Below, piece after piece: positions 1 through 13,435 of a stretch of DNA of 64,000 bases. How positions within the stretch are numbered: position 1 is the first letter of the stretch; every line of letters starts with the position of its first letter. A program made the translations under genes and the position numbers. This DNA comes from Convolutriloba macropyga. Taxonomy: Eukaryota. The notes beneath the pieces were generated by a model. It was not told where the DNA came from. It was given only the letters and a program-made list of their open reading frames with translations, and ran no database searches. The stretch covers positions 9,300,001 to 9,364,000 of the forward strand of contig NC_134480.1 of assembly GCF_964194025.1 (NCBI RefSeq), in the 5' to 3' direction.

Positions 1-458
1 TGTCGTTTCTCTACAAGAATTGCCTCAATGTTTTTTTTATTTTGCATGCGTGAACAACCAAATGCTGGTGTTTGCATTGATAATGAATTGTATACAGCCT
101 AGAGGTCTAAAAATATCCACTAAATTATTGATGAAAAATATAGAAAACTAAGCGTTGATGGAATCAAACTGCCATTTTGATAGTTGACACGCTAAGAAAC
201 TAAATCTGTTTCGTTACTTTAATCGTTTATAAGCATAATTAGAAATCACATTCCATTATTCTCCATGCCATCAAAACTGGCTGAAAAAATAACCCATTTA
301 AATTTTTATCTTGAAAGAAAAAACTAAATTTTATCATCTGAGATCTTGCAAGATTGGGGCACAAAACCCTGCATTACCATGGATTGCCCAGCAAAATACT
401 TTTTTCTCGACCAGGTTAGTGTTGTTTACGTTTATTTATTTATTGTTTGTTTTCATAC

Positions 459-601
459 CTGTTCCTCAATCTTATTTGGCCAGAAGAGGGCTGTGTACTT
501 GGCGTTGAAATCATCTTGTGACAGATTGTAATAGAACTCTTCTATCAATTGATAGTCATCCATTGCCTTGTCTATTGTCTCTTTGTGCTTCTTTATCTCA
601 C
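459..601 (-). CDS. DNAH1: DNAH1 exon 13 (GEIKKHK...MDDYQLIEEFYYNLSQDDFNAKYTALFWPNKIEEQ); the gene continues beyond position 1
   Basis: ttgtag acceptor, CAG|GTATGA donor; MDDY...EF.YNLS.DDF and WP.KI motifs; phases 1/0. Confidence 0.92.
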
Positions 602-1665
602 CTACAAGCGAAGAGCAGAAAATGGTTATGCTAATCGGTAATTGCCACACATACGAAGATAATTCAATAACAACAACTTAGTTGTCTAATTTTTCTAAAT
701 TAACCGCAAAAAAATCAAAGATTACGTATAAAAATTATATCAAAAAAAAAAATTCCTTAATTAGACATCTTCTTATAGAATCTTAGTTAGTCGTGGAAAT
801 TCTTATTAGTTGAAAGCATGAACAAATTAAATTGTCATTTGGGACACATTTTCATTATTATTATTTATCCAAAAACTAAAAAAAAAATAGAATGACACGA
901 AAAACCGTCCTCACACGGGATAAAAAATGTTGGATCGCTCACAAATGTATCAATGCGCAAAATGTCAAACAGTTTTTGAAACGAAAACTTGTTATCAGAC
1001 ATACTGAGTTCAGAAATACCGGCAGGTGGACTGCAAATTCTTTAAAGAGTTGAACAGAAGTCTTTCGCTGTAAAGTGTTGTACAATTCTAAAGAGTCCTT
1101 TGTTCACACAGTCGAGTCGGAACCCAAAACCGCCATTCCTAATTTACTAGACCAACAATCAGTGTTACAATTCGATTGTAACTGCAAAAAAAGCTACTCC
1201 ATTGGTCAAGGAAAAACGTTAAGAGAAAGAATAATTGATAAAACATAGCAGGACAAGTCCGGACGTACAATTCAAAGAATTTTCATTGACTAAACAGAAA
1301 ACTAGACCTAGAACGGACTATGATTGGATTGGAAAAACCATTTAGAAAAAAATCCGATCCAAAAAATCGAAAAAACAGTAAAAATCAAAGTGAAATTGCC
1401 GCATGTGAACAAAAAACCATTCCCGATAAAGCGAATTTTTGTTCAAACACCTTAATCTCACTCTACTTTAAATTTAGAGCGAAAAAATTTCAAGCCGCAA
1501 AACCACTCGCTTTATTGCTCGACTTCCTGTTTCGGCGTGACCAAAATCACTACTCCAATTTGACTTCAGAAATCATGAAAATGTGTGAACAGATCTTAAA
1601 AAAAAGACAGCGCCCCAATACAATTCAAATTCTTTGAATTGTAATAAAAATATGTTTATGTATAC

Positions 1666-1765
1666 CTGGAATGGTCGCCATCCATTCTCGCATTTCGGTC
1701 AGCTCTTCGATCGTGTTTGGTTTCTCGTGCAATTTCCGAGAGATTAGTTTGAATTGCTCACACGA
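1666..1765 (-). CDS. DNAH1: DNAH1 exon 12 (SCEQFKLISRKLHEKPNTIEELTEMREWMATIP); absent from the ORF track
   Basis: Manual translation; tttttag acceptor, G|GTATAC donor; EKPN.IEEL...REW motif; phases 0/1. Confidence 0.92.
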
Positions 1766-2096
1766 CTAAAAACAAACAAAGTGCAGGTGAATGAATCCAA
1801 AATAGCAGCCGGACATATCCGGAGACTTTAGCCTCGATTATTAGTCTTTTATCCGGCATAATTTCAAAAGAAAAATGTTTTTGTAATAAGACCTTCAGCT
1901 GTACTTAACATAAAAGAATTTAGAAAATCCGAAAGCAAGTTTCTGTTCAATTCGAAAATTTGTTGAATACAAAATTTTCGAACTTTTTTTAGGCGCAATT
2001 TTCGAAACTTGATTCAACAAAAATTTTTGCCTAATTGAATGAAACATGCTTCATTCAAATATCTGCTTAATTTTTTTCGAAACGTGAGAAACTCAC

Positions 2097-2322
2097 ATCA
2101 TCAGCTTGTACTCTTAGCTTCTTAGCCAGAAGTTCCAGCACTGCATTGGCCAGATCTCGGCACTTCTTGGACAGATTCTTTCTAACTGGCTCCACGTTTA
2201 CGTAAAATGGTCCAATCACCACATTGCTAGGGATCAAGTTTTCCAACCTTTCCTTCTCGGCCAGGAATCTGTCAACTTCCGCTTTGACCTCGCTCGCAGA
2301 GTGTTCTTGGCCATCGTATTCC
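2097..2322 (-). CDS. DNAH1: DNAH1 exon 11 (EYDGQEHSASEV...IPSNVVIGPFYVNV...LSKK...LLAKKLRVQADD); absent from the ORF track
   Basis: Manual translation; ttccag acceptor, GTGAGT donor; P....IGPFY.N motif; phases 2/0. Confidence 0.92.
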
Positions 2323-3386
2323 CTGGAAAACGTGGAAAATTATTTAAAAAACGAACTTTGTTAGTTAATCACGGGTCCTTTCGGCGAACTTCCACAATAT
2401 ATGTAACCTCTGGTCGTAAAAGCTATACTCCAAGTGGGCTTTTCCTAATTTTGGGCCAATGTTGAGAAAAAAATCACGACTTACTTTGCAAATCAAAATT
2501 CAAACTTTTTCGTTTGGGTATAACACCTCCTCCCCTCCCGACCCACGTTTTGTGTTGACAAATAGCGCTTTACTAGGTATTGATTGACAAGTATTTTACC
2601 TGGTGATCCTAAAAGATCCTAAATAAATCAGTATTAAGAAAATTTTTAACTTCCCAATTATAAATTGTATCCTCTTTTCCGCTGCAAGATTATTACAAAG
2701 AGAGGACGGGGTAGGGGGAGGGAGTGGGCTGGAATTTGGGTAATATTGTGTGAAGGGTTATGATAGGACAATTATCAGTGAAACTAAATCAGTGTTTTCA
2801 AACACTGAATTTTAAGGTATAAAAAGTAATTTTCAGAAAATTTGCAAAAATTTTTAATTAATTTTAATTATTTTGTTTTTAAAAATGAGCACTGCTATTC
2901 AATTATTATATTTTTTATCTACAATGCTGAGCGTTACATCAAATGTGATATTTCTGGGCCGCATGAAGCATGATTTATAAATACGTTATTTGATAAAAAT
3001 ACTTATACGCTTTTCTGAAAAACATTATTATCAATAACATATTACTTCACCAAAGGCTAACCATATATAAATAATGAACAAAAGACCAATAACATTGGAT
3101 CTAACCATGCAGTAAAAGCACGTGTTTCTTTATTTATAATCAAGGCTAGTTATAACAAAGAGCATTTATCACTAAATTGATCAAAATGAGATAGGTGGGG
3201 TAAATAGGTTGGCAATTTGAATCGGTAGAATCGATAAGATCAATTATAAGAAAAAACTTTTCCTTTAGTTTACAAAGTGATGGAAGTAAATATTGACAAA
3301 GTAACATTTCAGAACATCTCTTTAAACCATCAAACTATACTATTCTTACATGTAAATCTATGAAAGTACTCGAAGCATAAGGCTAC

Positions 3387-3409
3387 GGTTCGAGCCCCAC
3401 CGTGGGCGC
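3387..3409 (+). pseudogene. Possible 3' remnant of a tRNA (Lys-like) or tRNA-derived SINE
   Basis: GGTTCGAGCCCCACCGTGGGCG followed by a T4 run resembles a B-box/T-arm plus 3' acceptor strand; no 5' half is visible. Confidence 0.3.
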
Positions 3410-3851
3410 ATTTTCTACCAACATCAAATGAACAAGGCATGGGTATAATGTTAGATTACCAGGCTTAAATTTGCACATTTAAGAGGCGAGTAAACTTACT
3501 CGCACCAGCAAATGTATTCCGTTTTAAATTCTTAATACATCGTAGAGAGCATTTCAAATTTGGGAATAAATCCCAAAAAACAGATGGACAATGGACAGAA
3601 AAGTTAAAGATTTCAAGAACTACCCTTCGTCTGACTTCTTGTCATGATGACTTTGATAGTCTGGCTTAGACTGTCGGTCACAATCAAAGCCAAAATCAAA
3701 GTGCTTTTTCCTATAATTATCAAACAATTATGGTTTCTATCTCACATCAAAACCACCCTCGTTTATAGCATAGCAACAATAATCTCGAGCAAATAACTTT
3801 TCAGCCCTTACTAATTTGCTCAAATTGTTGTTTCTTTTCAGAGCATTTGCC

Positions 3852-4011
3852 GGATCTTTTCCGTTTGTGCCCCCAGTACGTTATGCTCCCCCAATTATAG
3901 ATCAGGTTTCGTTACATGGTAAATCATTATGTACAAATATTGCACGTGCTTCTGGGGGGTGCAAATAATATGCACCCACTAAGCTGGGGGGGGGGGGGGG
4001 GAGGGAGATCC
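3852..4011. mobile_element. MITE with GG-starting ends and 8-bp TSD (Merlin- or Mutator-like)
   Basis: Ends GGATCT...AGATCC; exact flanking duplication CATTTGCC (3844-3851, 4012-4019); internal GCACGTGCT and CACTAAGCTG(n) shared with the 12909 copy. Confidence 0.75.
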
Positions 4012-6484
4012 CATTTGCCCATCAGAACGAAATTTGATTTCATAAGAATTAGCAGTCAAACTAACGAGCACTTAGCTTTGAAAATGAATATTTTGATATG
4101 CAGGGGCTAATTATTTCAATAAGCTATGCAAGGGTCCACAAAACAAGGAGATTGCCGCATTGCTAGTTGCGACCGTCCATTCCAAGGCATTTTGATCGAG
4201 TCGATATGTTGGTATCGCTTCTAGGCATTTGAGCTTAAATTAGCTTAAAACTACGTTTCAAAAATGAAGATACCAATCAGTAGAAAAAAACCATCTGATG
4301 TCCAGCATAAAAAATATGTTGATAGGAACAATAACAGCTTTCACACTTTCATCAAAAAACGAAAAACTATTTAAAGGGCCAGTTTTTCTATCGCAGCACC
4401 ATCTTTTAGCTATCTTTTAGGGACCACCGTAGCTATCTTTTATGTTCTTAACCCGAAAAAGTGGTACAACGCATATAATGCACACTCTTACCCAAAAGGG
4501 CTAAGTTTATACTTTTCGACCAGATTCGAAAAACCAAAAGCAAAGACTAAAACAAGACGTGCGATGACCTTATGAATACTTAAGATAAGATTGCTCTATA
4601 AAACAGATTATTGACAAAAGCATTTTTGTGAAACTAGCAAAGGTTTTTCTTTCCATTTCTTTAAACTGGCTTCACACCAAGCGAAAAATTCCACCCCAGC
4701 TTTTTATATTATCAATTGAAAAGTCTAAGGAAATTTAAAGCTGTTCTTCTTTTCTGATAGAATTCTTGAACTCTTGAAATCGCCAGCTACATACACCTAT
4801 CAATAACTACTATTAACTTTTCGCGGCCTATAGTACTGTTATGAAGCACAATAATAAGATTAGTATTTGGGATAAAAATTTAAAGAAACCGAAGAATACT
4901 GATGAAAAGTTGGAAAAAAGTACACAGTTATTTATATCAAAAATGTTCTGTTTTAAGAAAAAACTTTTTCTCATTAGTGTATATTTGCGACAAAATAGTC
5001 GAACAGCGAAAAAAGCAGTTGGATGGATTCGTAGAGCATAAATTATGCAAACACATAACTTCATAGTTTTTATCTGAGAAAACGTTCATATTACTACAAT
5101 TAAGTTCTCAAAAAGTATTCGAAAAATTTCTCCTCGGTAAAAATTTGCTACCAACCATCGATTCTAAAGCATATGAAAACATGAAGAGCAGATGAAGCGC
5201 TTCCAAAAACTTACTCGCCTTTTTTAAAAAACTTCTCTGGAAACGACAGTTAGAAGCAATGACAAAATTTTGGCTTAAAAATATGTTTTTTTTTGCATTT
5301 TTCAACAATAAATTTTCAACGTCAAATAAATAATAAAATTAATCTTTAAATCACCTTTAACAGGTTTGATGGTGGTCGATAACACATCGAAAGTTAAAGG
5401 GCTGCTAAGATTTTAGGTTAAAACTTTAGCGCTACCTCAAAGTAAACCTCAGAGTTTTATCTGCTAAAAGAACGTACATATAACCAGAGAAATAAACCTG
5501 ACACTAGTTTTCAAATGCTAAATGGAAATTATTTCATAAAACAATCCGGACAAACTCCACGAGAGATTCATCTAAAATCTTTTCGACTTAGTAAGAAATT
5601 TGATCAAAAAACAAATCCCATAAAAAGTAGAATTCAAAAACCACTTTTCATTGAATTATACTCTACATGATTCGACAACTGATAAAACTAATGTCTTCCT
5701 GCAAATAACAATCAGAAGAGTCAATATTATCAGACAGTAAAAAAAAAACCAGAGAATTTTATATTAAAAAATCAATGAATTGAAACCAAATTATTATCAA
5801 ACATTAATAAACTCTTAGAGCATTACATTAAGTGAGAACAAAAACACCGAATGACCATATTCGATATTTTTGTTTGCCAGTCTGAATGATCAGTTGGCCT
5901 ATGACTTTTCCTTTTATTCACAATCGCTTTTAGCCAGGAACTTCAATTGAGAACCAGAACGACTTAGATTATTAAAAAATGAATGACTAAAGTGTGAATC
6001 ACTCAAGAAGCTACAGAATGTACTAGAACAAAAGCGCAAATACGGTCAAACAGAAATGTTGAGAGAAATCTCTGAAAATTTCCAGAGCAATTTAAGAGCA
6101 ATTAAGAAGTATCATAAAAGTAAATTCTAGTTTTTGATGATCATTTGCAGAATAGTTAACTTATCCAGGTGATTTACTATTTAAAAACGTGGTTGAAATG
6201 TTATAACAGTCACCTTAGGTTCAAAATGTTTTAGTCCGATTCAAAGGTAACCTTTGAACCAACTTTCATTTGCCTGGAGGAACTGTAGCAAAAGTGCGAC
6301 TAAATGAGTCACCTTATTGGTCATAATAGGTATACATTTGAAGGTATTCATAGGTATAAAATTTGAAAAAATTGTTAAAAAAAGAAAAACACGCGGGAAA
6401 GCACAGCAACAAACGTTAATTTTGTCAGCGTAATTGTGTGGTACTTAGCGCCCATAATTTTTCAGGAGTCAAGTTTATATTTTT

Positions 6485-8300
6485 GATCTGATTGTTTTTG
6501 AAACGGATGGAGTTTTATCCTTTGGTTCAGTTTTATAAAGCATATCTAGAGCAGAAACTAGCAGCTGGAACTTTCGACATCTGTCAACTTTTCAAATGCA
6601 TCGCGAGACAATTTTTGCTAGACAAGTTTTGACGGGTACATAAACTTTCTAGTTACACTATGAACTCTAGATTTATGTTGAAGCTACAAGAGCAACAACG
6701 GGCTTCAAATTAGTAATGGCGATATAACCGGTTAGGCAGAAACAAATAATGCGTAAATTCAAACGATGTACTTAATCGCTATGCATATGGAATGAAAATT
6801 GCAATTAAAATATTGCAATCAAAATATGACCTAATTATGATCTTTCTAGCATGCCTTTTCTGTTTACATAGTAATTTAGCACATTTTATGAATTTAAACG
6901 TTATCTGATTCCTGTTGACCGCCGGTAGAAAAACCATTTCACCATTAGTCAAATTTACTTGATGTATCAACTTCGGAGCACCAACAATTACTCAGAGGTC
7001 AAGAATAAATTGTTGATCCACCTGTTTTTGAAACAAATGCAATTTTATCCTTTTTTCTTCAACTTTAAAAATCATATCCAGATCGGAAACTACTAGCCAG
7101 AACTTTCTAGATTTGACAATTTTTGAGGAATAATAACACACCTTTCCTTATACAACTTTTAGCAGGTACATAAACGTTTATAGTTACAATGTAACTTCTG
7201 ATATTATTTTGAAGTTGCCAGAGCAACAAAGGGCTTCAAATTAGTAATGGCGATATAACTGGTTAGGCAGAAACAAATAATGTGTAAATTCATACGATGT
7301 ACTAAATCGCTATGCATATGGAATTAAAATTGAAATTAAAATATTGCAATCAAAATATGACCTAAATATGACCTTTCTAGCCTGCCTTTTTCGGTTTACA
7401 TAGTAATTTAGCACATTTTATGAATCTAAACATTATCTGATTCTTGTTGACCGCCGGTAGAAGTACCATTTCACCATTAGTCAAACTTACTTGACGTATC
7501 AACTTCGGAGCACCCACAATTATTCAGAGGTCAAGAATAAATTGTTGATCCACCTGTTTTTGAAACGGATGGAATTTTATCCTTTTTTCTTCAACTTTAA
7601 AAATCATATCCAGATCGTAAACTACTAGCCAGAACTTTCTAGATTTGTCAATTTTTGAGGAATAATAACACACCTTTCCTTATACAACTTTTAGCAGGTA
7701 CATAAACGTTTATAGTTACAATATAACTTCTGAATTTATTTTGAAGTTGCCAGAGCAACAAAGGGCTTCAAATTAGTAATGGCGATATAACTGGTTAGGC
7801 AGAAACAAATAATGTGTAAATTCATACGATGTACTAAATCGCTATGCATATGGAATTAAAATTGAAATTAAAATATTGCAATCAAAATATGACCTAAATA
7901 TGACCTTTCTAGCATGCCTTTTTCTGTTTACATAGTAATTTAGCGCATTTTATGAATTTATACATTATCTGATTCATGTTGACCGATGGAAGTACCATTT
8001 CACCATTAGTCAAACTTACTTGATGTATCAACTTCGGAGCACCAAATTATTCAGAGGTCAAGAATAAATTGTTGATCCATCTGTTTTTGAAACGGATGGA
8101 ATTTCACTTTTTTCTTCAACTTTAAAAATCATATCCAGATCGGAAACTACTAGCCAGAACTTGATCTAGATCTGTCAATTTTTGAGGAAAAATGACACCC
8201 TATACTTTCGCTATACAACTTTTAGCAGGTACAAAAACTTTTATAGTTACAATATAACTTCTGAATTTATTTTGAAGTTGCCAGAGCAACAACGGGATTC
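6485..8300. repeat. Tandem repeat, ~531-bp unit, ~3.4 copies
   Basis: Anchor GGG(C/A)TTCAAA at 6700, 7231, 7763 and 8294, with long near-identical stretches between anchors. Confidence 0.95.
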
Positions 8301-8308
8301 AAACTTAC

Positions 8309-8502
8309 TTGATGTATCCCTGGATATCGGTGTTTATAAGTTGCAGGAACTGTTCGTTGGCCCTGGCATACGCAATGAGAGGGATCTGTGCCTGTTTTAT
8401 GGCTTTGATCATGTCATCCCTCAATTGGTCAATGTGCTTCTCATGTTCACCCACTGATTCCAAATAAGGAGTGTCTGCCCAGAATATGTCCTTCATTACA
8501 AA
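8309..8502 (-). CDS. DNAH1: DNAH1 exon 10 (FVMKDIFWADTPYLESVGEHE...IPLIAYA...GYIK)
   Basis: tgtgtag acceptor, AA|GTAAGT donor; VM.DIF...P.LESV and IPL.AYA motifs; phases 0/2. Confidence 0.92.
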
Positions 8503-11500
8503 CTACACAAAATAAAAAAATTTAGGTCATGTAGGAAATTTTTCACGCTTTTAATAAAAAAGTTCAAAGCGAGAGCAATTGCCGTCTATTAATGGATAAA
8601 ACAAAATTCTCGGAAAATTTTCTTCACTCCCAAATTGTGGTCCGTGCGTGGCAAACAAGGTGGTAATCCAATTAATGATAATATTCGATAGACGGTTTTT
8701 AGAGCACTAGTGTTTATTATATCACAAAGACTAGTTAGAATTGTATTTTATTTATAAAAATACTTCCATGCCACCCATTAATGCCGCCATAATGAGAAAG
8801 ACCCGTATTTCGTACATGAAATTGACTAGCGTCTTTGAATTGCATCAGACTCATTACTGTACATACTCACTTGACCTTCAATTTAGAGTTGTTTTCTCAA
8901 GAGTACATTAGAGTTGCAGCATTTAAAAACTTTTTTTGGTAATGTAAGTCAAAAAGGATTGAAAAAATCACTATTTTGACATATGTATGATCAAAAATTA
9001 GGCCAAACAATGCACGAAGGATGTTACACACACATTCTAATACTCAGTTGCAATTGGATAAAATAGGGATGAAATGGTTGCATGGATTACAGCCAGTGGT
9101 GGCCAATTGAAAAAAAATACCAGAAAAATCAATAATAGTCTCAAGCTATCACCGCTTCGGTTAAAAAAGACAAGCATAAAACAAACTGTTTAATAGCCCA
9201 GCGGTCAGGGTTTATGCCAGACGGCCAATCCAGAGGAAAATACTAATAACACCATTGTCAGAACTTTGTCTGTTGTTGATTTCTACCGTACTCTGTTGGT
9301 CAATTTACAATTTAGCATAATCACTACTAAGAAAAACAAAACCAGCACATTGCCGGAAAATAGCCGCCGTTGATTTCCATAACCACGATTGGGATTGAAA
9401 GAAGAGAAAAAAAATTTAAAGATTTGTGTACACAAAGAATTTTAAAAAGCGAGCTATTTTGCTGTCATTTTGGAGCTGAACATACTCCTGTTTCATAGTG
9501 AGACGACACCAGAGATAATATCAATACCAATAAGCATTAGAGATGGTAACTAAGAAAACAGTTCGAGTAACGGGCATCTAAAATTGGGCTTCATGAGTTT
9601 ATCCCGTTTCTATTTCTGATTTCGTTCCTTGATACTGACTCTGTTCATTTTGAATTTATTTGCTGAGCAACTGCTGTCTAAAAGCACTTTGAGTTGAATG
9701 AGAGAAAAGTGAAACTAGCCTAGAAAAGTCAAAAAGATTTCACGCAAATTGTTGAACAAGCTGTGAACTAACGTAAAGCGAAAAATTTTAGTGCAACTAA
9801 GTGAAAAAACATAGCAGGACAAGTCCTGGAATACAATCCAAGTGATTGAATGAAAGACAGACCTAATGAACCTGACCAGCAGATCAATTGAACAATCCCA
9901 GCCAACAAGACAAAATCTCAAAAGTTGAGAAACTAAAAGAATCAAACAAACTAAACAAAAAAAAAACGATCATTGCTAAAACCCTTGAAGTTTTTAACTT
10001 GAAGGCCATATATGACTCATTTCAAAATTCTCATTAACTCACGCAAAAACCTTTAAATAGATGAATTTGCCACTAAAAGTAGATAAACAGGACAAATATG
10101 ACAAATGCATCAAGAAACTGAGAAGAGAAAATTTAAAGCAAAATTCAAAAATTAGGGCTATAAAAAAGGTCAAAACATTTTTTTGACTTTGAATCCTGTT
10201 TTGTAAACCGTCTACAACATTTAAAAAGTTTTGTTGGCCAGTCAAGATAGTTAAACTCAGAGAATGACAAAAACATCAAAAAATTTGAAAATCGAAAACT
10301 TTAAATTGCAAGCCTTATTTAAAAATTCCCTACAAATGCAAAAATAAACAATTGGAAATTATTTTATTGCCCCTAGAAACTATGAAGTAACATACTAGCA
10401 AACCCTATAGGAGGTTCACTGGCCACTGAATAAAAATTTCAAAAATTCAAAGAAAAAATTGCAACTTTATCAAAAAAAATGGTAAAAGATATTAAAATGT
10501 TGAATACCATTGCATGGCCAAACAATATTTACAGTAAATTAGTAGCAAACCCTAGATGAGGCTTCTGGCCCCCTGGGGCTGGAAAACTTGAATAATGACA
10601 ATATATGTCAGAAAATTTGAAAAAAAAAAACCAAGTTTGATTTTTAAAAAATTGGTAAAATTCATGAAGTTAAAATGTTTAAAACCACTTCATTACCACT
10701 AGAAACCATGCAACAACCTATTATTAAACCCCAGAGGAGCTTTTTTGACATCAAAGTCTGAAACAACTCAAAAAATGACAAAAATTTTTAAACAATTTTA
10801 AAAAATTAGTATAAATTACCGTGTTTATGTTTGGAGCAGCAATAGATATAGCGCTTAAAGTGGCCGTAAAAAGCAATTAAGTCTTGCAGAGGATCTTAAT
10901 CAACTTTAATAAACCTCAATTTCAGACTGGTCTAACAAAAAAACCCAAAAAGTATTAAAAATTTCATTATTTTGGGCTCAAAAACTCCCAAAAATGTCCT
11001 TTTAACCTTGAATTACGGCCTTCGCAGTAGCTTCGCCCCGTTGAGTACTTGAGGGACTACTAAACGCGGGCCTCTAATGAAACTTGATGCCCGCTGAGCT
11101 TTACCTCTTTATCCCGTTTTGAAAGCTCAAAGTCATGAAAACAGGTGTGAAAACATCTTACAAAAATAAAAAAAACAGAGCACCAATACAATCCAATTCT
11201 TGGATTGTAAAAAATAGGGGCGCTATAATAACCGGTCCAGAAGCGGAGGCGGCTATTAATTAACTGTTCATAGCAGTGACACCATTTCTGTCATTTGCCG
11301 TGTCGCATTTTGTCTATTTCAGCCACTCACAATAAATGAAATTTTTACCTCTGGTGAGCTTTTCGGTCAATGACCATTTTACACAGTCACCTTTTGAGTA
11401 ATTATTTTTTTTTGAAGCCCAGCTTTTTCGATCATTAACTTTTTTTCAGACGCATTTTTTTACTCAATGACCTCTTCAAATTCCCGTAACTGCGCCGCTC

Positions 11501-12205
11501 GAGAACTCTTAAACATGCTCTCCAACGGCTCATAAACATGCTCTTTGATAACTCCTAAACGTGCTCCCCCGCACATCCCATCCGCAAAGCGTCTCGGAAT
11601 TTGAGTTTTAAATATTAGTAAGTAATCTTCATGCAGGTTATCATCTTGCAAAAACCGCGTTTCGATAGAAAAAATTATAAACCAAAAAAATTAAACGTAA
11701 ATTTTAACTGCAAAATAGCAAAACCAAAGATGATCCGTTTTCACCTGGTCACAAAAATTACTACTGCTAGTCAAATTTTTCACCGACAAAGCACGTTTGA
11801 GCGAAACAGTTGAAAAGAATAAAGTTATCAAAACTAAATTAAGCTCATTATTAAGTACTCGCTATAACAAAGCGAACTGAAACAAATACTAGAAAAAAAA
11901 TTCATCCATAAAACTTCAAAACTTTTGATCTTCAAAAACAGCCATTTAAACAAAATAGATTGATTCAAAAGATTGACGTCAATTTATTGTGCATTCCTTT
12001 ACGCCTTTTGATGTACAAACAACCTCATTACAAACAACCAACACCAAAAATTGCATCAGGTTGAGAACTGCACCAGGATCCGGTTCCAAAATTTAAAAAG
12101 GGATTGGCACAAACGTTTGGAAAACTGTTTCTTAAAAGCAATCTAGGAAACGCTAACATTAGATAAAAAGTAGTCAGCAAAAAGTGGAGGCAACAAAAAA
12201 AAATT

Positions 12206-12300
12206 GGCTCTTTTCTGTTAATGCCCCCCCCCCCACCCCCCCCCCCCACCCCCACCTTTATAACCAGTCTACTAGGAGGGGTCAATAACAGAAAAGAGCC
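12206..12300. mobile_element. Short MITE with 15-bp terminal inverted repeats (TIRs)
   Basis: GGCTCTTTTCTGTTA...TAACAGAAAAGAGCC; flanks AAAAAATT/AAAACATT (7/8 match); internal poly-C. Confidence 0.65.
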
Positions 12301-12486
12301 AAAACATTCAAGTTTGGGACCACTAATACACGAGAACCCCGATTTCAATTTACTCTAAAAAATACTCGATAGAGGTGGTATCCTGTGACTAAAAAATCAA
12401 CATTTCGTTTATATAATCCCCCACTTCTTTGAAAAATTAGAACATTAATAACCACGCATGGTTATATAACCTGGCAGAATAAGAAA

Positions 12487-12568
12487 GGCAGGATGGCCGA
12501 GCGGTCTAAGGCGCTGCGTTAAGGCCGCAGTATCTTCGGATGCGTGGGTTCGAATCCCACTCCTGTCA
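12487..12568 (+). tRNA. tRNA-Leu (anticodon AAG), intronic, antisense to DNAH1
   Basis: Acceptor stem GGCAGGA/TCCTGTC, D-arm TGGCCGAGCGGTCTAAGG, anticodon stem CTGCG/CGCAG with loop TTAAGGC, long variable arm, GGTTCGAATCC T-loop, T4 run just downstream. Confidence 0.95.
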
Positions 12569-12908
12569 AATTTTCGGTTCTCCTCAATCTTTTCCAGAAT
12601 AGTCCAAAAAATGACATTCTGTACAGAGGTATAAGGGAGCTGGGCTTTTTTAATGTAAAAAATGACCATATCCATGATTGATATTTTAACAACCTTATTA
12701 TGGTATATATAAATTAGAAATTAGCATCTTTTTTCGCTTGTGCGCCAAGCTTAGTGTGTGCATATAAATTGCACGGCATGGGTCATATGTTTACATAGTG
12801 ATTTACAATGTAATGGCACGTGTTCTGTAATATGAGCGTGCAGAAAGTACGGGGTGGCGCATGGAAAATATCCAAAATTGTCCCACCTTTTATAATGCAC
12901 CACAAACC

Positions 12909-13075
12909 GGATCTAGTCTGTTTCGCCCCCCTCCCTCAGTATTTTTTCTGACCCCCAGTTACAAATTATATGTTATATAGCACGTTACTATGCAAGAAAA
13001 TAGCACGTGCTCCTGGGGGGCCATAAAAGATTTATGCTCACTAAGCTGGGGGGGGGGGGCAAACAGAATAGATCC
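12909..13075. mobile_element. MITE with ~21-bp TIRs and 8-bp TSD (Merlin- or Mutator-like)
   Basis: GGATCTAGTCTGTTTCGCCCCC...GGGGGCAAACAGAATAGATCC; exact TSD CACAAACC (12901-12908, 13076-13083). Confidence 0.85.
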
Positions 13076-13230
13076 CACAAACCATTAACACATTTGTTTG
13101 TTCACGCAACGCTATGAAACAAAGTTTCATTTTCGGTTCCTATTTGTGTCACTAGCTCCGTTAACAATTTTTTTAATTAATATTTCACTGGGAAAGGAAA
13201 TAGTTCCAGAATAAGAAGTCGTTTATGAAC

Positions 13231-13381
13231 CTTTTCCAATTGGGGCACAGTTTGTGTAGACTCAATAGCGGTGTCGAACAGTCCAACTAGCATGCTCTCA
13301 AAGTAGGGCAAGTTCACATTGTAGTGAGATCCTTCATGGTCCAGCACCAATTCCACGGAGAACAGCGGGTTCTTCTTTGGT
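13231..13381 (-). CDS. DNAH1: DNAH1 exon 9 (PKKNPLFSVELVLD...VPQLEK)
   Basis: tttcag acceptor, AAG|GTTCAT donor; RP.KNPLF and VPQLEK motifs; phases 2/0. Confidence 0.92.
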
Positions 13382-13435
13382 CTGAAAGCACCCAATCAAA
13401 AGAGGTTTCAAAAATCACAGATTTGTTGACATCAA

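Noticed and set aside
10270-10810. Very old ~150-180-bp tandem repeat (AAACCC.A..GAG anchors near 10400, 10545, 10727)
   Set aside because: Too degenerate and irregular to define without an alignment.
11460-11651. 63-aa minus-strand ORF as an extra DNAH1 exon
   Set aside because: Exons 9 and 10 already join seamlessly (VPQLEK|FVMKDIF), and the ORF has no recognisable homology.
12028-12348. Poly-Gly ORFs (also 3916-4110)
   Set aside because: The Gly runs come from MITE G/C homopolymers.
12445-12675. 76-aa minus-strand ORF
   Set aside because: Antisense read-through of the tRNA-Leu gene.
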